A stretch of DNA of 64,000 bases from Octopus sinensis (Eukaryota): assembly GCF_006345805.1 (NCBI RefSeq), contig NC_042998.1, positions 43,028,001-43,092,000 on the forward strand, given 5' to 3'. Position 1 is the stretch's first letter. Every line of letters begins with the position of its first letter. The position numbers and the translations under genes are program-made. The notes under the pieces are model-generated. The model worked only from the letters and a program-made list of their open reading frames with translations, searched no databases and had not been told where the DNA came from. Positions 1 through 12,710 of the stretch are shown here, in pieces.

Positions 1-1148
1 TAAACTAAGATATTTCCTAATACATAAATGATTATATATAATTTTATTAAGACCTATTAGTTATAGTAATATAAATTAATTTAATATTATATGTATATTT
101 TATGTAATAATTATTTGGAAATAAATTTATAGTAAATAGTCATTTATAGCTCTTTTGTTATTTTATTTTTCTTTAATTCATGAAACTTAAATATTTTTCG
201 TCTTTTTCATTAATAAATATTTTTCGTCATTTTTATTGATAATTTTATTCTATTTTTTTCCACAACATCTTCACAGGTTTAATTTCTTATAAACGTTAAG
301 ACCTACATTTTTAAGTTTAAAATTCAGTTATATTAATTTCATTGACAAGCTAAGTAACGTTTTATATTTAACAATATTATTTAACTCTTAAACTGTATTA
401 AGTTTGATTATTATTATGATTATTATTGTTGTTAAAATATTAATTTATATATAATTTCTTGATAATTATTAGTTACGATATATATATCTATATATTTATT
501 ATGTTTTATGTTTTATGATAATTATCATTAATTTTATAATGCGATTTAACGAATTATATATAATTTAATTTGAGAATTAGTTTTGTGAGACAATATATTA
601 TTTCATAGTTGGTTGGTCTATTAATAAATAGACCAACCAACTATTAAATAATATTACATTCATGTAAATTAGTTTAATATTACATTTATGTAAATTAGTT
701 TAATATTAATTGATATTTTGGTCAACTATATAATTGAGTAAAATATTAAATCTATATATTCTACATATATATTAATAATATAGTTAGTTTATCTAATAGG
801 AGTGTATATATTTAAACCTTTTCCTATCATTAATTCTAATATTTATAGCTTGTACTAACATTATGTATATTACTTAACATTAAGGTGCTTACTATATATT
901 ACTTAATGAATATAAGATTTTATTTAGAAGTTTATTAAATAAATAAATTAATTAATAATTTAATTTAATGTATATTTGGTATTTTATTTATATATATATA
1001 TTTGTTTTAAATATTTTAATTAATTGTATCTTATTTTTATTCTATTTTTTTTATTTAAACAAGAATATATTAAGATATTTCGTATTTTATAAGATCATTT
1101 ACATATATTTATTAATTTATCTAATTAACTATTTTATTGTTTTCAACT

Positions 1149-1244
1149 TTAACCTGAAGAGTAGCTATATTTATATTGAAGTGATTTTACTATTAATATT
1201 ACTATTATCATTTCTTCAATATAGCCATGGAACATGTGTCGTTA
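1149..1244 (+). ncRNA. Type I hammerhead ribozyme motif, PLE-like, core mutated (GGAA instead of GAAA)
   Basis: TAAC stem I / CTGAAGA (1154-1160) / long stem II (GCTATA..ATATTGAAG paired with CTTCAATATAGC) / GGAAC (1229-1233) / palindromic ACATGT stem III / GTC cleavage triplet (1238-1240) / GTTA stem I. Confidence 0.6.
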
Positions 1245-1392
1245 TTCTACCAAATATATACGTTTTATTTACTATTTTGCATATTACTTAATCATTGTAA
1301 TATGTTTTATCTTATATTTAATCTTTCTATAATATGTAATTTTTCTAAATGGTATAATTTAATTTTTCATTATTGAATTGATAAAAGGTGTT

Positions 1393-1466
<74 letters not shown>

Positions 1467-1533
1467 TTGTGAAATTTGATTTAGTATTTCTAAATTCAAT
1501 TTTTTCCTGTAAGTTTGGAATAATATTCCCTCA

Positions 1534-1575
<42 letters not shown>

Positions 1576-1594
1576 CATATATATATACACACAC

Positions 1595-1627
<33 letters not shown>

Positions 1628-1755
1628 CAATATATATATATACACACACACATATATATACACATATATATACACACACATATATATATATATACATATA
1701 TACATATATAAATATACTTATATATACACACTATATATACACACACACACACACA

Positions 1756-1789
<34 letters not shown>

Positions 1790-1790
1790 C

Positions 1791-1848
<58 letters not shown>

Positions 1849-1859
1849 AATATATATAC

Positions 1860-2765
1860 ATATATGTTAATGGTAATTTAGATATGTACATTTATTTAAT
1901 TATGATTATTTTATAATTATTATATTTGAATGTAAATTTTAAAATATTCGTTAGTCACTTTGGGATCTAGATCGTAAAAATGTTTTAATTGAACTATAAG
2001 TTTCTAATTATATTTCAAGTCGTATCATATTTCTAGTGTTATTACATTTAATAACAATAGTAATCATAAGTATTCTATAAAGATAGATTATACGTTTTTA
2101 CTTTGGAATTTTTCAGTTCTTATTTTGTATTTCATAAATATTTTCTAAGATATATGTAATATTTATGTAAGTAATAATGGACTAATTTATTTATTGTTTA
2201 TATGTTTATTGATAGAAAAATATAGATTTTTAATTACTATATTTGTTGATTATAATTTAGATACTTATTTTTTTTTATTTATAATTTTATTATTATATAC
2301 GAACTAAAATTTAACAATATTAAGTGTGATTGTTTTGTAAAATAGTTTGATAATTAAGTATTAGAGTATAACTAGATTAAAGATATTCTATAGTCTATTA
2401 ATGTTTTTTATTAAGCTAAATTATATCTTCACAGATAAATACATTTTTCTATCTATTTACTATATTTTTTTAACCTTAAATATTTAAGATAATAAATTTA
2501 TTGTAGGAAACGGATCCTAATGTTTTAAATTTCAAATTTACTTAATGGAGTTTCTTCTAGAAGAAAAATTATTATTTTATTTTTTTTTTTTTAATAAATA
2601 TAAACTCCATTCACTTATTTATTTAACTATTATTGTTAACCTGAAGAATGACTATAATTTTAAATTGAATTAATTTTCGATTAAATTCAAATTTAGTTGT
2701 AATTCGAATTTAATTATAGCCATGAAACGTATGTAGTTTTGTTTTACTTATACATTGATTATTCA
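1860..2765 (+). mobile_element. Highly degenerate, AT-rich Penelope-like element remnant
   Basis: Near 2495-2535 a frame reads INLL*ETDPNVLNF, resembling the WIxxLxTxxPxGLN C-terminus of PLE GIY-YIG endonucleases. A hammerhead motif follows about 110 nt later, as in PLE terminal repeats. The protein match is weak and judged by eye. Confidence 0.35.
2636..2738 (+). ncRNA. Type I hammerhead ribozyme motif, PLE-like, core intact
   Basis: AAC / CTGAAGA (2641-2647) / stem II ATGACTATAATT (2648-2659) paired with AATTATAGCCAT (2712-2723) / GAAAC (2724-2728) / GTAT loop / GTA triplet (2733-2735) / GTT. Confidence 0.7.
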
Positions 2766-3229
2766 TTTTTATACTTTTTGTGATCTAGTTATATGTTTAA
2801 AAAAATATATTTTATATATTCGTTTCTCATTGTGGTCAAGGTTTTTTTGATGTCCTGTACCCATATATGCATGTATATATACATATATATGTAGGTATGT
2901 ACATAAACTTAAAAACAAAAACATAGAAACGAACTTTTTTTCAAACAACGAAAGAAACAGAGAAACGAGACATACAACATAAGGAATATTCCCCTTCTTA
3001 AGTTGTCCCTGTTTCATCTACTCCACATTCCGAAAGTAAGGACAAGATGCGACTTCATTGAAACAGTCCTTCTCGCAAAGCAAATTAAATAAAATTTGGG
3101 ATTTTTTGTGGAGGGTAAAAGTGGTAACAAGAACAGGACAGTAAGAACAAAACAGTAAAAACAATAAAAATGTAAAAGCAGTAAAAGATAGAACAATGAG
3201 AACAAAACAGTTAAAACAAACGATGAGGG

Positions 3230-4063
3230 CTTTCACCATTAGAAGCCACTTGATTCAACCCTCAGGCATCAGTCTGCCAACCTGTGGCATCCAATGAGGT
3301 TGTACTACCGTAATGGTGCATCTTTATTTTGCCATGTTTTTCCCCAGTTCATCGATTTTTGTAATGGCTGAAATGAAGGAACAGCATGCTTCCATGAAAT
3401 TCTGTTTTCTCCTGGGGAAAATGGTGGCCAAAACAGTTGCGATGATTCAAACAACTTACATGGATGCTGTTATGAGTAAAGCACAAGTTTATGAGTGGTT
3501 TTCATATTTAAGTAATGGTCATTTGTTGCTGGAAGACCAACCTCATTCAGGACAACCGTTGACCTCCTGAACAAATGAAAACATCTTGAACTGATCTTGG
3601 AGCACCATCACTGAGCAATTGACGAACTTGTTGATATGACTGGTGTGTCCTGCATCTCCTGCCAACGAACTTTGAGTAAGGAATTGTGGATGTAAAGAGT
3701 TGCAGCAAAATTTGTGCCTCACTTGGTCATGGAAGATCAAAAGGTGTCACAACTGAATGCTTGTCGTGAACTGAATTAGCAGTTAGAAATTGATGTGGAC
3801 TTTCTTTTTGAAGGTCATCACTGGTGATGAAAGCTGGTGCTATGAAATTTGCAGTTGTGGAAGGGGTTGAAGAAAAAAATGATGGAGGCATTAAAAGGCA
3901 TCATTTTTCAAGAGTTCCAAGACTGCTTTGAATAGTGGAAAATGCATCTGGACTGATGCATTGCTTCAAACGGAGAATACTTTGAAGGCAATAAAATAGT
4001 ACACATGTAAAACTAAGTGAATAAAATAATATTGCAAAATTCCGGTCTCTTTTGGGTACCCCC
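3230..4063 (+). mobile_element. Mariner transposon remnant, internally deleted, transposase pseudogene
   Basis: ORF 3313-3570 contains MAEMKEQHASMKFCFLLGK...MSKAQVYEWF...EDQPHSGQP (mariner N-terminal HTH). Broken frames further on read RVAAKFVPHL, VITGDESWCY and CIASNGEYFEG. The right TIR ...TTTTGGGTACCCCC is followed by TA. The left TIR was not located. Confidence 0.85.
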
Positions 4064-4077
4064 TATGTATATGTGTA

Positions 4078-4125
<48 letters not shown>

Positions 4126-4523
4126 TATGTGTGTATATTATAAAAGAGCTGAAGTTCATAAGCAATACCTTCTGTTTCTGGAGAAACATCAGAGATGAGT
4201 TTCAACAGTTAATTGACTAAATTTAAAAGATTTGTTATAATGGGTTTAATTTAAACTGTGAAAGTGCATAGCAGGAATATGATAACTTAACTGACAGATA
4301 TTTCAGTAAGGAATTAAATGCCACTTATTGAAAATGAAAAAAAATAAGTAGAAAATCAAATATGCTGGGTGTGGCTGTGTGGTAAGAAGTTTTGCTTTTT
4401 AACTACATGATTCCAGATTCAATTTTACTATGTGGCACCTTGGGCAAATGTCTTCTACTATAACCTCAGGCCAACCAAAGCCTTGTGAGTGGATTTGGCA
4501 GATGGAATATATATACATATATA

Positions 4524-4885
4524 CGAGCAAAATGCCCCCGTCCAATGGATGGTACTGAGTTGTCAAACATTTAAACCAAATTTTCTCAAAACAACATGTC
4601 TGACCATCCCATAGGCCTCCCCTTTGAGAAACACTGATTTATTTAATCTAAATTTGAGACACCAGCAAAAGAAGAAATAAAGATAGACTTTTTTCTATTC
4701 CAAAGAAAAACGGCTTTATCGATCACATTCTCACCTGGTATCGATTTTGGTAATTTTTTCAAGACTTATACACGCCCTGATACTGTCGGTATCTACACAT
4801 CAAATTTGAGCGCAATCGGATAGAGGATGCCCGAGATCCTAGAAGACACACACACAGACAGACAGAACGGATTTTATATAATAGA
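4524..4885 (-). mobile_element. Non-autonomous Helitron-like element, copy 1
   Basis: On the minus strand: A|TCTATTATATAAAA 5' end, (CTGT)n/(GT)n tract, subterminal hairpin CC(A/G)TCCATTGGACGG, and a CTCG|T 3' end. Clearly homologous to 22131-22584. Confidence 0.65.
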
Positions 4886-5904
4886 TGTGTGTGTGTGTGT
4901 GTGTGTGTATGTTTGTCTTATTTAATTTCTCCTTGTCTTGACACCATGTTATAGTTGTAAATGAGTGTCGCCATAATGCATGTGATGTCCTTCATTTCCA
5001 ATATTCTATAAAAGTTTATCTGGTTATGGGGAAATATTATGTTACTTGGAAACGGTTGTCACAATAAATTCTGCCCAACCAATGCAAGCGTGGAAAAGTG
5101 GATGTTAAAAATGACAATGATGATGACTTTTTGCAGTGTGAATTCTAAGAAAAATAAATTAATCTTCATATACTCAGTGCATAGAAGCATAATAGAAATA
5201 AACTTCTTTTTGTCTGCAAGGAAAGAGGTGACACATTGTATTCCAACAAATAGGGACATTAAGAAAATTAAAGAAAAAAAAGGAAAATATAAAAAGCATT
5301 TTGCGATAAGACTTCTTTCAAAATGAGGGAAATTTTTAGCAGATGGTTGTTTTCTTGCTTCTCTGATAAACTATGTCAAGTTTGGTGTGTCAATATGAAG
5401 ACCTGATATTTATTGTTGAGTTCTGGCAAGCAGTTTGGTCAAATAAGTTATTTAGGTACTTATCTGTTCCACAGCATGGATACTAGCAACACAGCATGTT
5501 GGTAGCACATATGTGTATGTGTGTGTGTGTGCATGCGTGTATGTATGTATGTGTAAATATATGTGTGTGTGTTTGTGTTTCTTTGCCTTTACATTGTGTA
5601 TGTTGAAAATGATTGTCACTGTTATACAAGCAGTGTTGTCATTTACAATGTTCTATACAGAGGCAAGGGCTGGTATGAGGAAGAGCAACCAGTTGAAGAA
5701 AATTTGCCCCAACAAATTCTTGTTTGACCCATACAGGCATGGAAAAGTGGATGGGAATTCATTGAAGCAGATTTTCTATAAGCCACCACTCTTGCCACCA
5801 CTCATTTGTTTCCGAGCAAGGTAATATTTCTCCATGGCCAGATATGTTTTCACAGAATATTAGAAATAAATGACACTGCTTGTGTGACAGCGACCCTCAT
5901 TTAA

Positions 5905-6235
5905 CCCTTTAGCATTCAGATTACTCTGTCAAATGTAATGTTTATTTATTCACATTGTTTGGAATTAATCCTGTATTTTCTCATAGCTTTATACTTTCCA
6001 AATGACATCATAGGCTAGGTGTGAGAGGCCAGATCTGGCTGGTCTGAACATTTGAATATTTGAGCTGGATATGGCCAGTTTAAATATAAGGTTGTCCCAA
6101 AAGTTCGTAGAAAGTCTTGGAAAATAATGGTCTTTATTTTGAGGAATAATTTTTGTTGTTTTTGTTAGTACTTGGCGAGTAAAAATTCAATTTTCGCAAG
6201 TGTTTACAAACTTTTGGGACAACCTAATACTAGAG
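5905..6235. mobile_element. piggyBac-type MITE (TTAA|CCCTTTAGCATT...) interrupted by a mariner MITE
   Basis: TTAA at 5901-5904 followed by CCCTTTAGCATT. An uninterrupted related copy at about 30560-30783 ends AATGCTAAAGGG. Confidence 0.6.
6087..6227. mobile_element. Tc1/mariner-type MITE, 141 bp, TA-flanked
   Basis: TIRs TAAGGTTGTCCCAAAAGTTCGTA and TACAAACTTTTGGGACAACCTAA; TA at 6085-6086 and 6228-6229. Confidence 0.85.
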
Positions 6236-7239
6236 TTAAAACTATCAATCCATGTCAAGATAATGACACACACACACTTATATACACAGCCTCTGTTTAC
6301 TAATTCAGCTCACAGGGTCCCGGTTAGCCCAGGGCCTCAATAGAAAACATCTGTCCAAGGTACCACACACTGGGGCCTAACTGGAAAAAACCAAGTAGCT
6401 GGGAGGTGAATCTCCCACCTTCAGTTGTGTCTGCACCAGTGTTTGTGTATTTTCACTTTTCTGAAATTTGCTCAGCTGTGGGCGTTGATATTGCTGTCAT
6501 TTACATTGTCAACAGACCACCTGCTGACTTTACAACTTTGAAAATATATGGAATTCAGTATCCCTTAACTTGAAAAACAGGTAAGGGTAGTGACAAGAAG
6601 GACACCCAGCTGTAAAATAATGCATCAATAATATATGTATCTAGCCCAAGCTTGTATTGAAAAATGGATATAAATAAGAACACACACATTTGTGCATTTG
6701 TCTATGCGTATCTGTCTGTCTGTAATGTATTTATATAGTGTATGATAGTTTCCCACTGTTGTGAATTGTAGTTAAGAGTGAAAGTATTTGCTGTTGTTAA
6801 GTAAATTAGAAGAATATTTATTCAAGGCTGAATTTGTGTGGCTGTTGAAGTTATTGGTTTCCAGTCTTCAGGCGCACACCACACACACACATATACATTC
6901 ATGGTATTGATGTTGCAGCATGCAAACTGTTTTAATGTGACCCCATAGTCTCTTCAGAGTTCACTTCTGGAAAGATTGTTGTGACACGTTGAATCAGTCT
7001 CCATGCTTGTAAGGTCAATAATCATGAATATGCACTTTGCATTTATTAAGGGATTGAGTCCTTTATTGAACAGTGGTCTTTTTGTTCAGTCGACTTAGAA
7101 TAACTCAAACCCTCATCATCATCATCATATTCCCCATCTCCACCAGCATCATCATCATCAAAGAGTTTTTTCTTTTTCCATGATGTCTTGGATATCCAAG
7201 CATTTTGCCACTTACTGTGACACACGCAGAAACAATTCT

Positions 7240-7658
7240 CTCTTACTCTTTTTACTCTTTTACTTGTTTCAGTCATTTGACTGTGGCCATGCTGGAGCAC
7301 CACCTTTAGTCAAAGAAATTGACACCAGGACTTATTCTTTGTAAGCCTAGTACTTATTCTATCGGTCACTTTTGCCGAACCGCTAAGTGACGGGGACGTA
7401 AACACACCAGCATCAGTTGTCAAGCGATGTTGGGGGACAAACATAGACACACAAACATATACACACACACACACACACACACGCACATATATATACAATG
7501 GGCTTCTTTTAATTTCCGTCTACCAAATCCACTCACAAGGCTTTGGTCGGCCTGAAGCTATAGTAGAAGACACTAGCCCAAGGTGCCACGCAGTGAGACT
7601 GAACCTGGAACCATGTGGTTGGTAAGCAAGCTACTTACCACACAGCCACTCCTGTGCC
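7240..7658 (-). mobile_element. tRNA-derived SINE family A, near full length
   Basis: Head GGCACAGGAGTGGCTGTGTGGTAAG...GGTTCAGTC (A/B-box-like), central TGGCACCTTGGGC segment, internal (TA)/(TG) microsatellite and (AGTAAAAG)n tail. Further copies or fragments at about 4360, 10650, 11592-12011, 15985, 19115, 20690, 21692-22083, 23245, 24825, 28380, 39985 and 56684. Confidence 0.85.
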
Positions 7659-8744
7659 TATGTTATGTGTATCATAAAACCAGTTATGCATTCTGTAATA
7701 CCTGGATGCCCTACCAATATACAGCATGGACTTGGTGAGCTTTATTCTGACACCAGCTCTAGAAAATTTTTAAGTTTTTCTTTTTTTTCTTTCTTTCTTT
7801 ATAGGGTGGAATAAAGAGACCCCTTCCATTTATCTACTTTTATTCAGAGTTATGGGTAAAATAGTATAATAGTAAATCCTCTCAATGAATTAGACTATGA
7901 GTAACATGGTTTTAATTGTGAATACACTTGGAAATGAACTGAATATTACATCTCTTCACATTATTTATATATTGAAAAATAACACTAATTAAATTTTGAT
8001 GAAAAATCACACTAATTAAACTTTGATATAATGGTTTTTATTAAAGAGGGTGCTAACTTGTTCTTCAGAGAATATTTTGCAAACTATACTATTGAATCCT
8101 TTTGAAACAATTTTTGTTTATCACAGGTCGTTTTTTGGAAATTCTTACAGATGATTTATTGCTATTGAAAGATTTGAAAATTATTTTGTGAAACATGTTG
8201 GATTTTTTCCCCTCTTTTTATTTAATATTCAGTTAATCATAATGTAGCACCCATAATACGATAGCACTCATAATATAATATGATACATGTTCATAGATAT
8301 TTATTCACACATACATTTATATACACAAATGTAAGCATAATTCAAGATGTGTGTGTATCATCAGTATCGTTTTAATATCCATTTTTCCATGCATGCATAA
8401 ATCAAATCAAATTTGTTGTGGCAGATTTCTACAGCTGATGCTCTTACTGTTGCTAATTCACACATGTTTCCAAGTAAGGCAATATTTCCCCATGGCTAGA
8501 CATCTTTTCACAGAAGATTAGAAATGAGTAACATTGGTTGTATTAAGGTGACACTAATTTACCGCTATCACATTTTAAGACAAGGAGGCACAACACACAC
8601 ACACACATCCGAAATGATGAAAGGTAAAGTTGACTATGGTGAAATTTGAACTCAGAATGCAAGGATGAATGAAATGCTGCTAAACATATTGCTTGGCATG
8701 CTAATGATTCTGCCAGCTCACCACCTCAAGCAGTTTGAATATTA

Positions 8745-8980
8745 CCTATTTCTTTACTACCCACAAGGGGCTAAACACAGAGGGGACAAACAAGGACAGA
8801 CAAATGGATTAAGTCAAGTACGTCGACCCAAGTGTGTAACTGGTACTTAATATATCAACCCCGAAAGGATGAAAGGCAAAGTCGACCTCGGTGGAATTTG
8901 AACTCAGAACGTAACGGCTGACGAAATATCACAAAGCATTTTGCCTGGCGTGCTAACGTTTCTGCCAGCTCGCCGCCTAG
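8745..8980 (-). mobile_element. tRNA-derived SINE family B
   Basis: Head AGGCGGCGAGCTGGCAGAAACGTTAGCACGCC...CTGAGTTCAAATTCC (B-box-like). Further copies at about 8610, 9410, 14690, 19255, 24510, 34823, 35812, 36170, 52660-53095 and 54032. Confidence 0.85.
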
Positions 8981-9212
8981 CTTGAATATTACCATATGGT
9001 CATGTGGTCAAGCTTCTTTCACCTTCCTTCTACGAATTCCACTTACAAAGCTTTGATTGGCTTAGGGCTGCAAAAAATACCACTTCCCTAAAGTGTCCCA
9101 GAATAGGTCTGAACCTGAAACTATGAGGTGTGTGTGTATGTGTGTATGTATTGTAAATCAGTTTTGTAATGTTTTTCTTTTGTGAAAATTAATATTTTCT
9201 TTTTCCCTGTAG

Positions 9213-9300
9213 ATTGTCCTAATGGCTGTCAAAAATTTCATATCTGTTTTGAGAATGCACAAGGAAATCATTGTATTGAGAAACCACAGTCTAAAGACAG
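9213..9300 (+). CDS. SPOCK: Testican/SPOCK-like gene, first identified coding exon (follistatin-N-like Cys cluster)
   Basis: ttttccctgtAG acceptor and AG|gtaggt donor. Reads (D)CPNGCQKFHICFENAQGNHCIEKPQSKD. Phase 1 to phase 2, compatible with the next exon. Confidence 0.75.
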
Positions 9301-12059
9301 GTAGGTAAGAAAAGAAGGAGAATTTTTATGATTTTCAATCTTCAAGGGAAGTACAGTTGGGAGGAAAATGAAGCAGTTTGAATATTGATTTCACATTTTG
9401 GCACAAGGCCAGCAATTTGGGGGAAGGAATGAGTTGATTACATTGACCCCAGTGATTAGCAGGTACTTATTTTATCAATCCCAAAAGAATAAAAGGTGAA
9501 GTTGATCTCGGGGAAATTTGAACTCAGAATGTGAAGACAGACAAAATGCTGCTAAACATATTACCTGGTGTGTTAATGATTCTGCCAGCTCACTGCCTTA
9601 AGCAGTTTGAATATTACCATATGGTCATGTGATCAAGTTTTACAAAAGCTATTTAGTGAACTAGTAGACCTGTTGACTAAATACTGCCTGTCTCAATCTA
9701 CCTGAATAACGAGCAGCTTTTCTATTTCACAGCTTTGTAGGTATTTTTTTATTTGCTTTTTCCAGCTGAGCATTGCTCTTAAAAAAGGTACATATACTTC
9801 CTAAGGGTTTTAACTCTATAGAAGCTAATAAACGCAATGGGAAAGACTATACAACTATTTCATTGAGTATTGAATTGAATTCCTTGCAAAAATAAACGAG
9901 AGAGACAGAGACAGATAGACAGACAAACAGACAGACAGAGAGACTACTTATGAAACTGCTGATCTAACAAAGTTCATCTGGTTTGAGATCATGCGAGTCC
10001 TATGGATCCATAGAATGTGACAAGATTTTGATTTGATATATGTTTATGTGTGTGATATTTTTTTCCTTTCAGATATTCTTTTCTACTCTAGGCACAAGGC
10101 CTGAAATTTTTTGGGAGGGGGTGGGGGGTGGCAGTCGATTAGATCGATCACAGTATACAACTGGTACTTAACTTATCTACCCTGAAAGGGATGAAAGGCA
10201 AAGTCGACCTCTCATTTCAGATATTATACCAAGTCTATATTTATAATCTGTATTCAGTGCTGACTTCTCTAGCTTTTATATATTATTCTTATGGATATGT
10301 TGGGAGCAAAGTTTTTTTTTCTCTGTATGCTTTCTCTAGTGCATAGAGTATTGGGTCTATGATTTTAAGGTTGTGGGTTTTACTCCTTCCTGCACTGAAC
10401 AGCAATTGTCTCATTGAGTTAGGTGCTTCATTTCATAATGCTCCAGTTTACTCAGCTGGAAATGAGCCTTGGTGCAGCCCTCTGATTCTCTCTCACTTCA
10501 GCTGTCACATCCTTGATGTTCTGGTGGCTGTTAGGTGAAAGGGCTAAACGAGTGTCTGTTTGTGCTCATGACTACATAGGCTCATGAAAACAATTAACAA
10601 AAGCATGGTCTATGCCAGAAGGTTATGTTTGCTTGTGAGTGATGGTTATCTTTTACTTGTTTCAGTCTTTCAGATGTGGCCTTGCAAGGGCACCACATTG
10701 AATGTTTTAGTTGAACAAATTGACCCCAGTACTAATTTTTTAAAGTCCCGGTACTTATTCTATTGGTCTCTTTTTGTCAGATTGCTAAGTTATGGAGATG
10801 TAAACAAACCAACACCAGTTGTCAAGTGGGTGCGGAGAGCAACATAATGACACAAACACATAACTATATGCATACACACACACACACACACAGACATGCA
10901 TGCATGACAGATTTTTGCTCAAAGTGCCAAACAGTGGGACTGAACCCAGAATCATATGGTTAGGAAGCAATCTTCTTACCACATTGCTGGTTGTTTTATT
11001 TTTTTATTGAACATTGTTAACTGGCAGGTTGATGAGTTGGTAGAAGCTCATTTATCTCAGTTGTAACCTTTTGCAGACAGCTTTCCACAATTCTAGAAAT
11101 TATTATATCCAGATGTACTTTAAAAGCCTCATTTAGCACTGGTTATGTTTTTTTAACCTTTTTAGACAGTAGTTATATAATTGTAGGTCATGAAATGCCC
11201 AGTTGTCGCTAGTGTTGCAATGCAAGATTGTGAAGAAATAAGTCAGTGAGGAGGCTTAATGAATCTCTCATTCTTTTGTTTCCTTTCTGTCTAATGCCAA
11301 AGTGTGGAGCTAAAATCTTCAATTGTATGCATATGCATGTCTGTAAGTTTGTGTGTATGTACCTCTGCATGTTCATATGCATGCATGCTGTTGAAGACTA
11401 TGCTCTACACTTTGACATTAGAGAGAAAGGAAACAAGAGAATGGTAGCACAATAAGATTCCCTGACTTCTGGCTTCGCACTTTTTACAGCCTTGTATACA
11501 TGTATGACAATGCAGTATTCCTGCTGGTATTCCAGAGAGGAGTATACGTGTGAGGATGGTCACTGCCATTCAGATTGATGAATTGGTTTATTACTCTTTT
11601 ACTCTTTTACTTGTTTCAGTCATTTGACCGTGGCCATGCTGGAGCACCACCTTTAGTCGAGCAAATCGATCCTAGGACTTATTGTTTGTAAGCCTAGTAA
11701 TTATTCTATCGGCCTCTTTTGCTGAACCGCTAAGTTACGGGGATGTAAACACACCAGCATCAGTTGTCAAGCAATGTCGGGGGGGGGGGGGGCAAACACA
11801 GACACACAAACATATACACACACATACATATATACATATACATATATACGACAGGCTTCTTTTAGTTTCCGTCTACCAAATCCATTCACAAGGCTTTGCT
11901 CAGCCTGAGGCTATAGTAGAAGACACTTGCCCAAGGTGCCACGCCATGGGACTGAACCTGGAACCATGTGGTTGGTAAGCAATCTACTTACCACACAGCC
12001 ACTCCTGCGCCTCTATAAAATAATTTTGCAATTACTCTAGCTGGAAGGTCAGACCTGTG

Positions 12060-12383
12060 AAGACACATAACTTAGTGGATAGGATATTCAGCTCACAATC
12101 ACAATGTTGTGAGTTCAATTTCCGGTGATGCATTGTGTCCTTGAGTAAGACATATTATTTCACATTGCTCCAGTCCTCTCAGCTGGCAAAAATGAGTAGT
12201 TCCTGTATTTCAAAGGGCCAGCCTTGTCACACTCTGTGTCATGCTGAATCTCCTTGAGAACTACTTTAAGGGTACATGTGTCTGTGGAGTGATTAGCCAC
12301 ATGCATGTTAATTTCACGAGCAGGCTGTTCCGTTGACTAGATCAACTGGAACCCTCATTGTCATAACCGATGGAGTGTCAGTT
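12060..12383 (+). mobile_element. tRNA-derived SINE family C (CORE/Meta-like central domain)
   Basis: TAGTGG A-box-like and GAGTTCAATT B-box-like motifs, then GTGTCCTTGAGTAAGAC...GCTCCAGTCCTCTCAGCTG. Related decayed copies at about 10340, 13430 and 32690. Confidence 0.65.
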
Positions 12384-12710
12384 CAGACCTAGACTGCTGA
12401 AAGATCTTATAAGAACTGGTACTAATCATTTTCCTTAGAAGCTGTATAAATCCCTGAATTGAATCACCACACACTGCCCAAAGTTCCTAGGTTAGGACTA
12501 ACTACAACATTAGTTTAGAATTCAGAAGACTACAACTTTCCAGTATACTCTTGCAGAACATAATTTTAAAAAATCTGTTTGGTGTAGATATCAATATGTT
12601 CATACAATATGTCAATAATCTTTGCAATAAGATCACAAATGAACTAACATCACAGCAAGAGCCCTAAATGAGATCAACTGCACCAAACTCACTCATTCAC
12701 TAAATAATGA

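Noticed and set aside
968-1291. Hydrophobic 107-aa ORF suggesting a mitochondrial (NUMT) membrane protein
   Set aside because: The I/L/F/Y composition is explained by extreme AT content; there are no recognisable ND/COX/ATP motifs, and it overlaps the hammerhead motif.
1388-1797. Many ORF-track entries rich in YIYI, CVCV, THTH or IIII (here and throughout)
   Set aside because: These are translations of stop-free microsatellites, not genes.
8127-8192. Good acceptor (ttttgtttatcacAG) as a possible upstream testican exon
   Set aside because: All three frames stop within 22 codons, there is no convincing donor, and it has no signal-peptide character. It could still be UTR.
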